From a virus (lineage: Duplodnaviria > Caudoviricetes): DNA of 50,376 nucleotides. Below the pieces are notes generated by a model. It ran no database searches. It was given only the letters and a program-made list of their open reading frames with translations, and was not told where the DNA came from. This document shows positions 37,694 to 46,583 of this stretch, piece by piece (position 1 is the first letter of the stretch; every line of letters starts with the position of its first letter). The position numbers and the translations under genes were made by a program. The DNA lies in the IMG/VR virus record IMGVR_UViG_3300011398_000007, positions 1 through 50,376 of that record, one strand, 5' to 3'.

Positions 37694-38089
37694 TTACCAA
37701 CCTGCTGGTTCTGCCTGTGGAGTACCTTGTGGAGCAACATCTGGCATTGGTGTTTGTGCCTGCTCATAATTTACTCCATTACCTTCTGTTGGAGCATCCT
37801 TAACTTTCTTTACTGATTTACCCTTTGGATAGGTAAGCTCCACTTCATCGGGAGCATCCTCTATGATTTCAAAGGTTGTACCTGCATTTACATGAGTTTT
37901 CTTACCAATCAATTTCTTGTTCTTAAACAAGGCTTTGGTCTGAACTCCATTAAGCCCATATTTAATACCAATATCTTTTCTGGTAAGTCCTTCTTTCAAA
38001 TCTGCCAATACACCGGCAATGGAAATCTTTGGTACTTCTTTATTCTCTGTAGCTTGTGTAGCTGTAGCTACTGTTTGTTCATCTGACAT
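37694..38089 (-). CDS. Small putative HTH DNA-binding protein with a disordered tail
   Basis: LKEGLTRKDIGIKYGLNGVQTKALF resembles a helix-turn-helix. Confidence 0.5.
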   Translation of the reverse strand: MSDEQTVATATQATENKEVPKISIAGVLADLKEGLTRKDIGIKYGLNGVQTKALFKNKKLIGKKTHVNAGTTFEIIEDAPDEVELTYPKGKSVKKVKDAPTEGNGVNYEQAQTPMPDVAPQGTPQAEPAGW

Positions 38090-38144
38090 AATCTGTAGTT
38101 TTAAAATTTTAATAATTGAAATGTTATCTGAGTGTTCAACAATA

Positions 38145-38152
38145 CAAATGTA
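38145..38152 (-). promoter_or_regulatory. Bacteroidota-type -7 promoter element TACATTTG
   Basis: Matches TAnnTTTG, 56 nt upstream of the start at 38089. Confidence 0.45.
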
Positions 38153-38173
38153 CTACTTTTTTTGAATAAAACA

Positions 38174-38896
38174 TCAACCCTTATAATATTTATCAACTTT
38201 TTCTATAACTATACCCAAATCATTGGATATAAGAAGAGTGTCAAACATACCATAAGGGGATTTAGGTGAAGTATAGAACTCATCTTCATTAGTAAGATAC
38301 TGTTTTACAACCTTCTTTGCAGCAGAGTCATAAGTAGACCTACCTACTAATACTACATCAAACTTACCTTCTGGAGTTACATACTCATCTACCATTTTAC
38401 CTGTAGTTTTCATCTTGGTATAGATTCTACCATCAGGCTGTACAACATCTTCTCCATGAGCAAGTACAATGATATTCTTCCCAGTCTCCTTATATAATTC
38501 CATTGCACTAAATATCTTACCTATATCCATGCCTATTTTCTTAGGAGCATCCCATCCTGTCCTATGAGCATTGGCCATATACCAATCCTGCATTACATAA
38601 TTAAAGTCATCTATTACTATATCCTTAACAGCAGTTATAGGAACACCTGCTAGCTCCTTTAATGCTGCTTCTATGTGAGCAGGGTCATTGTCAATTATCC
38701 TTCTCCCCCCTCTTACCATGTTCCAGGGAGTTGTTTTATAGAGTGTAGCACTATTTGGGAATGGGAGTTCTCTGCTACCTACTGTGATTAAAAAAGTAGT
38801 CTTTGGGTCTAATCCCTTTAGACCAAGTTCAGGAGTAGCTCCTATTCCTGTACTCTTACCAAATCCACTCTTACCTAAGCCTAAGATTCTAGCCAT
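38174..38896 (-). CDS. AAA-family ATPase (Sak4-like annealing/recombination protein)
   Basis: Walker A GKSGFGKST, Walker B IVIDD, and LAH motif. Confidence 0.75.
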   Translation of the reverse strand: MARILGLGKSGFGKSTGIGATPELGLKGLDPKTTFLITVGSRELPFPNSATLYKTTPWNMVRGGRRIIDNDPAHIEAALKELAGVPITAVKDIVIDDFNYVMQDWYMANAHRTGWDAPKKIGMDIGKIFSAMELYKETGKNIIVLAHGEDVVQPDGRIYTKMKTTGKMVDEYVTPEGKFDVVLVGRSTYDSAAKKVVKQYLTNEDEFYTSPKSPYGMFDTLLISNDLGIVIEKVDKYYKG

Positions 38897-38918
38897 ATAT
38901 TTTAGTTTAATTGGTTAC

Positions 38919-39122
38919 TTAATCTATGATTGTTATCCCTTCTCTCTCATCCTTTGAAGGTGTCCTAACATCTCCATTCTCATATAGCCTGTCAAGTATG
39001 ATTTTACACATAGCCATCATATCAGCAATCTTATCTCTCTCTATTACTCCATCATTAACTACAACTGCTATCTTGAATAGTGTTAGGTCATCAGGCATCT
39101 TAAATCTTTCTTCAGTTGTCAT
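38919..39122 (-). CDS. Hypothetical protein
   Basis: Likely start MTTEERF overlaps the end of the upstream gene. Confidence 0.5.
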   Translation of the reverse strand: MTTEERFKMPDDLTLFKIAVVVNDGVIERDKIADMMAMCKIILDRLYENGDVRTPSKDEREGITIID

Positions 39123-39507
39123 TGCTACTCCCTCCACTATCTGATGAGCTATCATTAGATGAGCTATCATTGCTACCATAGTCTGAACTAGCTCCCCCTC
39201 CTCCACTAGAGCCACCATCATAACCACCAAAGCTAGTATCTCTGTCTACATCTAGAGCCTTATCATCATTATCCCTAACATCATCGAATCTTGGCCCACT
39301 GTCAAAGTCACTATCATCTGGTGGATTCCTATTCCAAGGCTCTGCTTCCTTGGTTCTATGTGAAGATACCTCTTCAGCCATCTCCTCATAGTTGTGTATT
39401 TCTTCCTGTAATAGAGAGTGATAAACGAAGCCAGGAATTATCTCTCCATGAAAATGCCATACTCCTTCGCTACCTTGGTAGGTATTAATACATCTGTAAT
39501 TTGCCAT
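39112..39507 (-). CDS. Acidic protein with a Gly/Ser-rich tail
   Basis: FGGYDGGSSGGGGASSDY...NDSSSNDSSS. Confidence 0.6.
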   Translation of the reverse strand: MANYRCINTYQGSEGVWHFHGEIIPGFVYHSLLQEEIHNYEEMAEEVSSHRTKEAEPWNRNPPDDSDFDSGPRFDDVRDNDDKALDVDRDTSFGGYDGGSSGGGGASSDYGSNDSSSNDSSSDSGGSSNDN

Positions 39508-39509
39508 AA

Positions 39510-40640
39510 TTAAACTGTATTTAATGGTGTGAATAAATTTATATTTCCAAACATATTAACCTGCATATGAACAGGACACTCTGTGTACCTACTCTCTGTG
39601 ATATGCAAGCTCCTGTAATTAGGGTAGTTTTCTAACTCTACTCCAAAGTGTTTCTTTAGGTTATACTTTTCATCTGATGGATTAAATAGAGTCATCAGTA
39701 TAGTACTCTCCTCTGCTAAATTACCTGTATCCTTAACATCATCAGCAGTTGGGAAGATATACTCTCCTGCAAACTTCAATCTCTCCATATTAGCTAGCTG
39801 TCTGTTACTATGACATACATTTATGAATGTAAAAAAACATAGATTTCTTAATGTAGTGGTATATTCTAGCCACTTATCCATGTTCTCCTTTAATGTGAAG
39901 CCCCTTTCCTTCCTCCACTTCCTTATGTGGTCTGTTATCACTACAGTAAACTTGTGAGGATTGTTCTCTTTATACCCTACTATTCTTCTATGCTCCTCTA
40001 CCTTATTAGTATCTGGATTATGCCATTCAAAAGATTCATATATAAACTCTCCATGCCTCTTTGCATATCCCATTATGTACTTGTAGCCCCCTGTAGGATT
40101 AGTAGGTTCTTCTATAAAGAATATCTTACCATGCCTGACCTTCCTTCCACCTTCATCATACTCCCCAAACATAGGTACAATTCTACCTAGATAGATAGCT
40201 TTCAGCTTATCACTATGCTCTTCTGTTAGTTTAATTAGCTCTCTAGTACCATCCTCATTTACATGGAACAGCTTACCCATTAGATAGTCCTGACAGATTA
40301 GATACCTAGCTCCCTTATACTCAAAGTCAAATAATCCATAATCGTAGTTCATAAAATAGGCTGCTATTTTGAACTCCTTGCTCACTCTATCTATCTCATA
40401 AGAATAGTATATCCACTCTATGTCATCCAGCCTATTTTGGGATAGCATATATAAATATGGAGTGATTAAGAAAGAATAGTCCACAAGAGTAGTCTTTCCA
40501 ACTTTTGGTTGAGCAGCTACACCAATAGATGTTTTCTTTTGGAGTCCATGAATTGCCTTATCTAATGATAATAGACCTGTAGGCAAGCCTAGATTCTTAC
40601 CCTCTTGACCATCTAGGAAGGTCTTCACAAAGTTTGACAT
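39510..40640 (-). CDS. DnaB-like (SF4) replicative helicase
   Basis: LPTG...LD, Walker A AQPKVGKTT, YSYE, ITDH, H.NR, D.KDTG motifs. Confidence 0.8.
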   Translation of the reverse strand: MSNFVKTFLDGQEGKNLGLPTGLLSLDKAIHGLQKKTSIGVAAQPKVGKTTLVDYSFLITPYLYMLSQNRLDDIEWIYYSYEIDRVSKEFKIAAYFMNYDYGLFDFEYKGARYLICQDYLMGKLFHVNEDGTRELIKLTEEHSDKLKAIYLGRIVPMFGEYDEGGRKVRHGKIFFIEEPTNPTGGYKYIMGYAKRHGEFIYESFEWHNPDTNKVEEHRRIVGYKENNPHKFTVVITDHIRKWRKERGFTLKENMDKWLEYTTTLRNLCFFTFINVCHSNRQLANMERLKFAGEYIFPTADDVKDTGNLAEESTILMTLFNPSDEKYNLKKHFGVELENYPNYRSLHITESRYTECPVHMQVNMFGNINLFTPLNTV

Positions 40641-40652
40641 AGTTACTCTCCT

Positions 40653-40988
40653 TTAAGGGTAGTCTGTAAAATTAGTAGTAGGGGTTTCCACAGCTTCATT
40701 GTAATGCTTTCTGCATACTATCTTTATCTCTGGCCCCCATTGTATCTCATACTTCTTATGACCTCTTTTACCACACATAAAACACTTATACTCTGGTAGT
40801 GGCTTACCATTGATAGCTTCTGTACTATCATCCCACTGGTCCATTAGGTCATCTCTTATCTCTCTCATCTCCTTAAACATCTGCTTTTCCATCTCTGTAG
40901 TTGGTGCTCTTCCAGGAGATAGCATACCTAGAAGCCCCATTAACCTACCTTTCAGCCAGTTTCTTTGTTGTGCTTCTTCTCTTGTCAT
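40653..40988 (-). CDS. Hypothetical protein with a Zn-finger-like CxxC...CxxH
   Basis: CFMC...CRKH. Confidence 0.6.
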   Translation of the reverse strand: MTREEAQQRNWLKGRLMGLLGMLSPGRAPTTEMEKQMFKEMREIRDDLMDQWDDSTEAINGKPLPEYKCFMCGKRGHKKYEIQWGPEIKIVCRKHYNEAVETPTTNFTDYP

Positions 40989-41515
40989 TATTTAATAATT
41001 TTACCTCTCATTTGAGATTGTGGTTTACTCTCTATTTTCTGACAATAACCAAGTAGCATTGAGGTCTTTGTAGCTCCCCTACCTTCAAATATAAATCCTA
41101 TTGGAGCTTTCAGATATTGTCCATCCTTTACTGTGGACAAGTAGTCATCTGTAGCATTCATCACATCATCTACCCTATACTTAGGATACTTAGAGAAGAA
41201 CTCCTTCATGTGTAGTACAGCATCTTGCCAAGCTCCTACTCTGCTAGGATTTATCCTTGTAAACTTCTCTACCCACTCCTTTACCCATTCAAAATCTAAT
41301 TCCTGCCCCTGAAATAACTCTACATTCCACTTAATAGTTCTTGTCTTAAAATCCCTCTCCACTATCTTAGTAGTATTGATAGCTTTAACAGCCTCTTCAG
41401 GACATACACTATCAACATCTAAATCAAAATAGTAGCCCAGCAGAACTAATAGCCCTGCTGACCTATCTATCTTATGCTTGCCTAGTATCTTAGGCACTTC
41501 TGGATTTATGAGCAT
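40988..41515 (-). CDS. Hypothetical protein, possibly replication-associated
   Basis: 175-aa ORF upstream of the helicase. Confidence 0.6.
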   Translation of the reverse strand: MLINPEVPKILGKHKIDRSAGLLVLLGYYFDLDVDSVCPEEAVKAINTTKIVERDFKTRTIKWNVELFQGQELDFEWVKEWVEKFTRINPSRVGAWQDAVLHMKEFFSKYPKYRVDDVMNATDDYLSTVKDGQYLKAPIGFIFEGRGATKTSMLLGYCQKIESKPQSQMRGKIIK

Positions 41516-41793
41516 GAGTCTACCTCTCTTTTCAGCCTATTAAGCTTATTTAGGTCTGCTGCATTATACCCAGACTCTTTAAAACCTAGTCTGGGTATCA
41601 GTTCTTTCAGTAATTTTACTAGCTTAGATGTAGGTAGTGATAGTACCTCATCTCCTACTACAATTCCATCTTCACATTCATCTGCCTCTGTTAGTGCCTC
41701 CTCCATAGTGTTGAATACCTTATTCTCTCCAGCTTCATCTGTGACTATGCTGGCAAACTCCCAACCACCGTGCTTTTCAATTACAATGAACAT
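41506..41793 (-). CDS. Hypothetical protein
   Basis: 95-aa ORF in the operon. Confidence 0.6.
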   Translation of the reverse strand: MFIVIEKHGGWEFASIVTDEAGENKVFNTMEEALTEADECEDGIVVGDEVLSLPTSKLVKLLKELIPRLGFKESGYNAADLNKLNRLKREVDSCS

Positions 41794-41796
41794 AAA

Positions 41797-42093
41797 TTAC
41801 TCCTTTATTTTTAATGGTGTACAATTCATTATCTTAATGGCATCTTCTTCACTTAACCCATAACCTATACATTTCATAGGATCTGCATCTAGTATGGATA
41901 AGTATGGTGGTAATGGTTCTGGTATGTTCTTACAACACCAGAACCACCACTGGTCACCAAGGGATTGTGGTGTGGAGTGCTGGAAGGTAATACCAAGACT
42001 TCTCATTTGCTTTTGTGGATGTGGCATAGCTTCATCTTCCTTATTATCTTCATTATATGCCCACCATAATAAATCATAGCGTAAATGTTTCAT
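41797..42093 (-). CDS. Hypothetical protein
   Basis: 98-aa Trp-rich ORF in the operon. Confidence 0.6.
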   Translation of the reverse strand: MKHLRYDLLWWAYNEDNKEDEAMPHPQKQMRSLGITFQHSTPQSLGDQWWFWCCKNIPEPLPPYLSILDADPMKCIGYGLSEEDAIKIMNCTPLKIKE

Positions 42094-42101
42094 AGTTTGA
42101 T

Positions 42102-43571
42102 TTAAAGATTATCTAATACTGTTTCCTTGTACATAGCCATAACTTGACTCTCTACATCACCATCCTCTCTCTCCCTTTCTTTGAAGTTAATAACATACTT
42201 GAATGTCCTTACATCTTCTAATGTTACCCACTTTATCTTATTGTGATCAAATCCTCTCATAGCCCTACTAGCCCACTCTACATCTATAGTACCATCAGCT
42301 ACTAGTACTATTATCTTACCTGTTATATTAGGTCTAAACCTTATCCTTCCTGCTCTTTGAACAAAATGTAATTGCTGCCTGCTTAACTGGACTATGAATA
42401 AACAGTCAATATCACCTAGATTATGCCCTTCATTTATACTCTCTACACATGAGAGTCTATTTATATTTCCTGCCTTAAAATCATCATATCCTCTATCCTT
42501 CTCATAGTGCTCTAGTATCCTAGCTACTCTATCCCTCTTATCTATAGGGTCTGTTGGCTTACAGCTAGGCTTACTAAAATACCTTCTATCACATACCTCT
42601 ATAGCCTGCTCTATACCACCACAAAAAATAAGAGTCCTTACATCTTGTGGTATTATATGAGATAGCATATTAACAGCAGCTCTTGTCTTAGACCTCAATA
42701 CTTTAATAAACTTCATCCTATTTAATAGGTTCAGCTTGCCACCTACCATCAATGCTCTCTTTGCCAGATAGTTATACTTCTCTTGCTCTGTCTGATAGAA
42801 GTAGCCCTTTGTTGCATTACCTGACTTCACATACTTATCTACCTTATCCATAGGCACAGTTATCACAGTAATCTCATAAGGAGATGATATACCAAGCTTA
42901 ATGGAATCTGGCATAGTTAGCTCATATACAGGTCTAATTTCTAGCCTCTTGAATATGTCTATCTTATGGAAGTTAGCTGGTCTAGTGGCAGTAAGTACTA
43001 ATAGCCCTGTAATCTGATTGTCCCTAAAGAATGTCTCATTAGACTCTGTTACATTGTGTCCTTCATCCAACACCACGTAATACTTTCCACCCACCAGCTT
43101 GTGCATTGAATCATAGCATATTTTGGTGACATGGTCATTGTATAAGTCCAGCTTACCCCATTTATTAAATTCGTCTTTCCAGTTCTCATCTCTTAGTTTT
43201 ATAGTAGGAACAATAATGATTATCTTACCATCATAGCCTTCTGCAACTAGTCTGGCTATCTTATCTATGGCTACCTTAGTTTTACCTGTGCCTGTAGCCA
43301 TATAGACACCTCCATATCCTTGATTCCTTTCTACTGCACTAAGAGCCTCTTCCTGTATCTTACATCTTATCCTATTAGTGATGTTCATGTGCTCTATATC
43401 CTCAATATCCTCATCATCAAATAGCTTCTCTCTTATCTTTGCTATCTCATTAACATGTATCCTAATATTGGGTGCTGTTAGTATAGCATTTAACTGATTA
43501 TACAGGTCTTCCCTTACCTCTAGCTTAGTTATAGCATTTGTTTTCATTGTGTTTGTTTTATTTAATTTCAA
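42102..43571 (-). CDS. Superfamily 2 (DExH) helicase
   Basis: MATGTGKT, LDEGH, LTAT, EG.N and QRAGR motifs. The start may be at 43547. Confidence 0.85.
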   Translation of the reverse strand: MKLNKTNTMKTNAITKLEVREDLYNQLNAILTAPNIRIHVNEIAKIREKLFDDEDIEDIEHMNITNRIRCKIQEEALSAVERNQGYGGVYMATGTGKTKVAIDKIARLVAEGYDGKIIIIVPTIKLRDENWKDEFNKWGKLDLYNDHVTKICYDSMHKLVGGKYYVVLDEGHNVTESNETFFRDNQITGLLVLTATRPANFHKIDIFKRLEIRPVYELTMPDSIKLGISSPYEITVITVPMDKVDKYVKSGNATKGYFYQTEQEKYNYLAKRALMVGGKLNLLNRMKFIKVLRSKTRAAVNMLSHIIPQDVRTLIFCGGIEQAIEVCDRRYFSKPSCKPTDPIDKRDRVARILEHYEKDRGYDDFKAGNINRLSCVESINEGHNLGDIDCLFIVQLSRQQLHFVQRAGRIRFRPNITGKIIVLVADGTIDVEWASRAMRGFDHNKIKWVTLEDVRTFKYVINFKEREREDGDVESQVMAMYKETVLDNL

Positions 43572-43812
43572 AAATGTGATATACTAAGCCCGTGTGGTCA
43601 TGCACAGTAGCAATAAATTGTAGTAGCTTCTCTGGTAGTTCTTCTCCTGTATATACAGTAAGGAACTCCCTAGCTGTTATCCTCTTAACATCTGTTATTA
43701 CCCATATATACATTTGCCCATCTTGCATACCTGCACTAATAACTGTAGCTCCTTCGCATAGACCTAGGTATGATATACCATGTCTCTCTATCTCGTACTT
43801 ATATATTTTCAT
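43558..43812 (-). CDS. Small phage protein of unknown function
   Basis: IYKY...Q...IW...TG...FIATV...VYHIFE pattern. Confidence 0.65.
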   Translation of the reverse strand: MKIYKYEIERHGISYLGLCEGATVISAGMQDGQMYIWVITDVKRITAREFLTVYTGEELPEKLLQFIATVHDHTGLVYHIFEIK

Positions 43813-43835
43813 TGTGTTTTTTATTTACTTAATTA

Positions 43836-45767
43836 TCAATGTATGTCGGCATATGAGTTTCCATAAGCCACACTTATCCTTAATTTTACATTGAGCTTTA
43901 GCTCATTGTTTGTTTCCTCTATAGCAGCCTGTAATTTAGCTCTTACTTCTTCTCTATGTTTAGGTAGTAGAGGAAATACTACTTCATCATGGAACTGCCC
44001 ACAAATGCAGATACCCTTATTCCTTACCTTCCTTACCCAAGTATCAAAGCAATATACTCCTGTACCCTGATTTAAGGTACTAAATTTATCCTTCTCAAAC
44101 CTTAATGAGTACCAAAATCTACTCACAGGGTTGAACAACCACATCTGACCATTAACTGTCTTTACCATACAGTTCTGTGATACCTTCTTTACAGCCCAGT
44201 TTCTCTTCCAATATACATTGAGCATCTTCTGTGTCTTATCTCTATGCCATCCTGTAGTTAATGATAGCTTAGTAACACCAACTCCATATACAGCAGAGAA
44301 ATTTACCTTCTTAGCATCTCCTCTTGTCTTCTTGATATTCTTGTATCTTCTATTCTCTTCTTCTGTAAGTCTCTGCCCATTCAGATTATCTAGATCTCTT
44401 CTCTTCTCATACCATTTATAAAATTCTATATCATCCTCTGCTAACATTTTACCTTGTAGACCTACATCTAAATGAGGGTCAAAGCCCTCTTCTTGCATCT
44501 CTGCTACAAACCCTGGGTCATAGTAGTACATGTAGTGCTGTTTGGTACTATCTTCAAGTGCTGACATATCTGCTCCACAAAGGATATGCTTAGGTGAAGG
44601 AGCAATTAGACATTCTCTTACATAGCTACCATATCCTTTACTTACGGTAGGTAAATTAGTAAGTGGTGCCACATGCTGAAATCTTAGGGTATTAGCAAAG
44701 CCTGCTATTCCTGCCTGTAAGAAGTTATCCTTGTCTCTATGGTCTAAGAAGGCTTCAAGTATCCCTATCCTGTGCTTAATAACAAAGAAGCTTTCTAGTT
44801 GTTGTAGCTCTGGCTTTACCTCATATAGCTTCTTAATAGAATCACAAATATCAGAACCATCTAATAAGCTTATCTGTGGAATAGACCTTAGAGGCTTATT
44901 ATAATCCTCTCTTACATACCTGAAGGTCTCTGGTATCCATCCCATACTAAATAACCATTCTTTTAACTGGTCATGACTACCTGGATTTCCCTTATCTCTC
45001 TTAACCTCAACTGTAACTCCACTATTATGGTACTCTGGTAAATGATGCTCATGTAATAATCTTAGCCACTTCTTACCTAATGCTGATACACTACCATCTT
45101 TAGTGGTGAATTTCTTAGGTTTCATCCTTACTGCATACTTAATAGCAGGTGGCATCACTTCTCTTAGGATATTAAACTTCTCTTCTCTCTCCCTTAACAG
45201 TACTTCCAGATTATCAATGACCCTTAGAACATCTAATCTCCACTTTACCTGTTCCTGTTCAGCAGCACACTCTAATTTCCATGTTAAATAACCCATAATC
45301 CTATCTACAGCAACTACATCATTGTTATACATCTTGAATAGGTACTCTAATTGCAAGAAGAATAGCTTGCTGTTTATCTTCACATCTTCAGTGCACCTAT
45401 TAATGTAATCTTCTTCCTCTAAATTTAACCAATCATCTATCTGTGGTTTCACTACCCCAAGGTCATTTCCCCATTTATATAGGTTATGATCTTCTCTCTT
45501 TGGGTAAAGGTACCATGACAATGCCAAGGTATCTATCTTCCTACAGTTTACCTGTAGTCCTAGTATCTTCTGGAATGCTGGTACATCAAACCTCATTATG
45601 TTATGCCCTATGATAGTTAGATTATCTTGTGATAGTAGCCTAATAATATCCATGTAATCTGTTAGAGCTACTGCCTCTTGAGTATCTATATCATAATAGC
45701 ACACACAATGTATCTTTGTTATAGTATCCAGTAATCCATCAGACTCCATATCTATTACTATTCTCAT
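43836..45767 (-). CDS. polA: Family A DNA polymerase with 3'-5' exonuclease (T7-like)
   Basis: Exonuclease motifs DMESD, HNIMRFD and DV; polymerase motif A DMSALE, motif B R..AKKVNFSAVYG, motif C HDE. Start re-assigned to MRIVID. Confidence 0.92.
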   Translation of the reverse strand: MRIVIDMESDGLLDTITKIHCVCYYDIDTQEAVALTDYMDIIRLLSQDNLTIIGHNIMRFDVPAFQKILGLQVNCRKIDTLALSWYLYPKREDHNLYKWGNDLGVVKPQIDDWLNLEEEDYINRCTEDVKINSKLFFLQLEYLFKMYNNDVVAVDRIMGYLTWKLECAAEQEQVKWRLDVLRVIDNLEVLLREREEKFNILREVMPPAIKYAVRMKPKKFTTKDGSVSALGKKWLRLLHEHHLPEYHNSGVTVEVKRDKGNPGSHDQLKEWLFSMGWIPETFRYVREDYNKPLRSIPQISLLDGSDICDSIKKLYEVKPELQQLESFFVIKHRIGILEAFLDHRDKDNFLQAGIAGFANTLRFQHVAPLTNLPTVSKGYGSYVRECLIAPSPKHILCGADMSALEDSTKQHYMYYYDPGFVAEMQEEGFDPHLDVGLQGKMLAEDDIEFYKWYEKRRDLDNLNGQRLTEEENRRYKNIKKTRGDAKKVNFSAVYGVGVTKLSLTTGWHRDKTQKMLNVYWKRNWAVKKVSQNCMVKTVNGQMWLFNPVSRFWYSLRFEKDKFSTLNQGTGVYCFDTWVRKVRNKGICICGQFHDEVVFPLLPKHREEVRAKLQAAIEETNNELKLNVKLRISVAYGNSYADIH

Positions 45768-45993
45768 GTTATGTGTTTTGTTGTTCAATAATCCAAAATC
45801 TTCTAAACGATTTAGCTGATAGCCCCCCAAAATATAATACACCATTCTTTTCACTAACCGTTACTATTGGCGTTCTATCTACCTTAAACCCGTCTTGAAA
45901 TTTAATATGCCCTTCCCCACGAACCCTATCGCCTATTTTTACTGTTCTGCCATTTGCGTCTTTAGGATAACTCATATCATGTGTTTTGTTGTT
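45763..45993. repeat. 23-bp direct repeats (21/23) flanking a small gene
   Basis: ctcatgttatgtgttttgttgtt (45763-45785) and ctcatatcatgtgttttgttgtt (45971-45993). Confidence 0.8.
45769..45975 (-). CDS. 68-aa hypothetical protein (DANGRTVKIGDRV, SH3-like start)
   Basis: Start re-assigned to MSYPKD. The gene lies between the direct repeats. Confidence 0.6.
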   Translation of the reverse strand: MSYPKDANGRTVKIGDRVRGEGHIKFQDGFKVDRTPIVTVSEKNGVLYFGGLSAKSFRRFWIIEQQNT

Positions 45994-46321
45994 ACAGGTA
46001 TTTATAAAGTGGGTAAACAATGACTCCTTGCTCACCATCACCAGTCTCTACTATATTATCTAGTATATCAACTAGCATGGCTTCTGCTGGAATAGATTCT
46101 TCTGTTCTTAATATCTTAAACTTCTGTACCTCTGTTATAGTCTCCATCTCTCCAACATCAGTCTTGATGTTGATAGTAACTTCAGGCACAGCCCACCATC
46201 CATTGATACCATCGTGAAGGATTTTCGCTCTCTGAAATATAGACCCTTTAGGAACTACTACCTCCATGATAGGTTCATATCCTCTGCTAAAGTCTAATAT
46301 CAGGTAATTTTTAAGTTTCAT
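45992..46321 (-). CDS. Hypothetical protein
   Basis: 109-aa ORF in the operon. Confidence 0.6.
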   Translation of the reverse strand: MKLKNYLILDFSRGYEPIMEVVVPKGSIFQRAKILHDGINGWWAVPEVTINIKTDVGEMETITEVQKFKILRTEESIPAEAMLVDILDNIVETGDGEQGVIVYPLYKYL

Positions 46322-46583
46322 TGTTATTGTTTTTAACAGTTTCTGAATTATAATAAGATTTGATTATCTCCTTATCCTCATCATCAAGTGGAGCTTCTTG
46401 TATCTTCTTAGTTAGAATATTATCTAACTTTCTATTCTGTTCTAGCCTAGTAGCTTCTAAGTCTCTAGCTTCCCCCTTCTCTTTCTCCGTCTTATCATGT
46501 ATCTTGACAGCTATTAATACAGCTATAACTACGGTAAACATTACTAGCATAGTAGTTACTATGATTATCTTTAGTGTGTCCAT
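46311..46583 (-). CDS. Small membrane protein
   Basis: N-terminal transmembrane helix IIIVTTMLVMFTVVIAVLIAV. Confidence 0.6.
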   Translation of the reverse strand: MDTLKIIIVTTMLVMFTVVIAVLIAVKIHDKTEKEKGEARDLEATRLEQNRKLDNILTKKIQEAPLDDEDKEIIKSYYNSETVKNNNNET

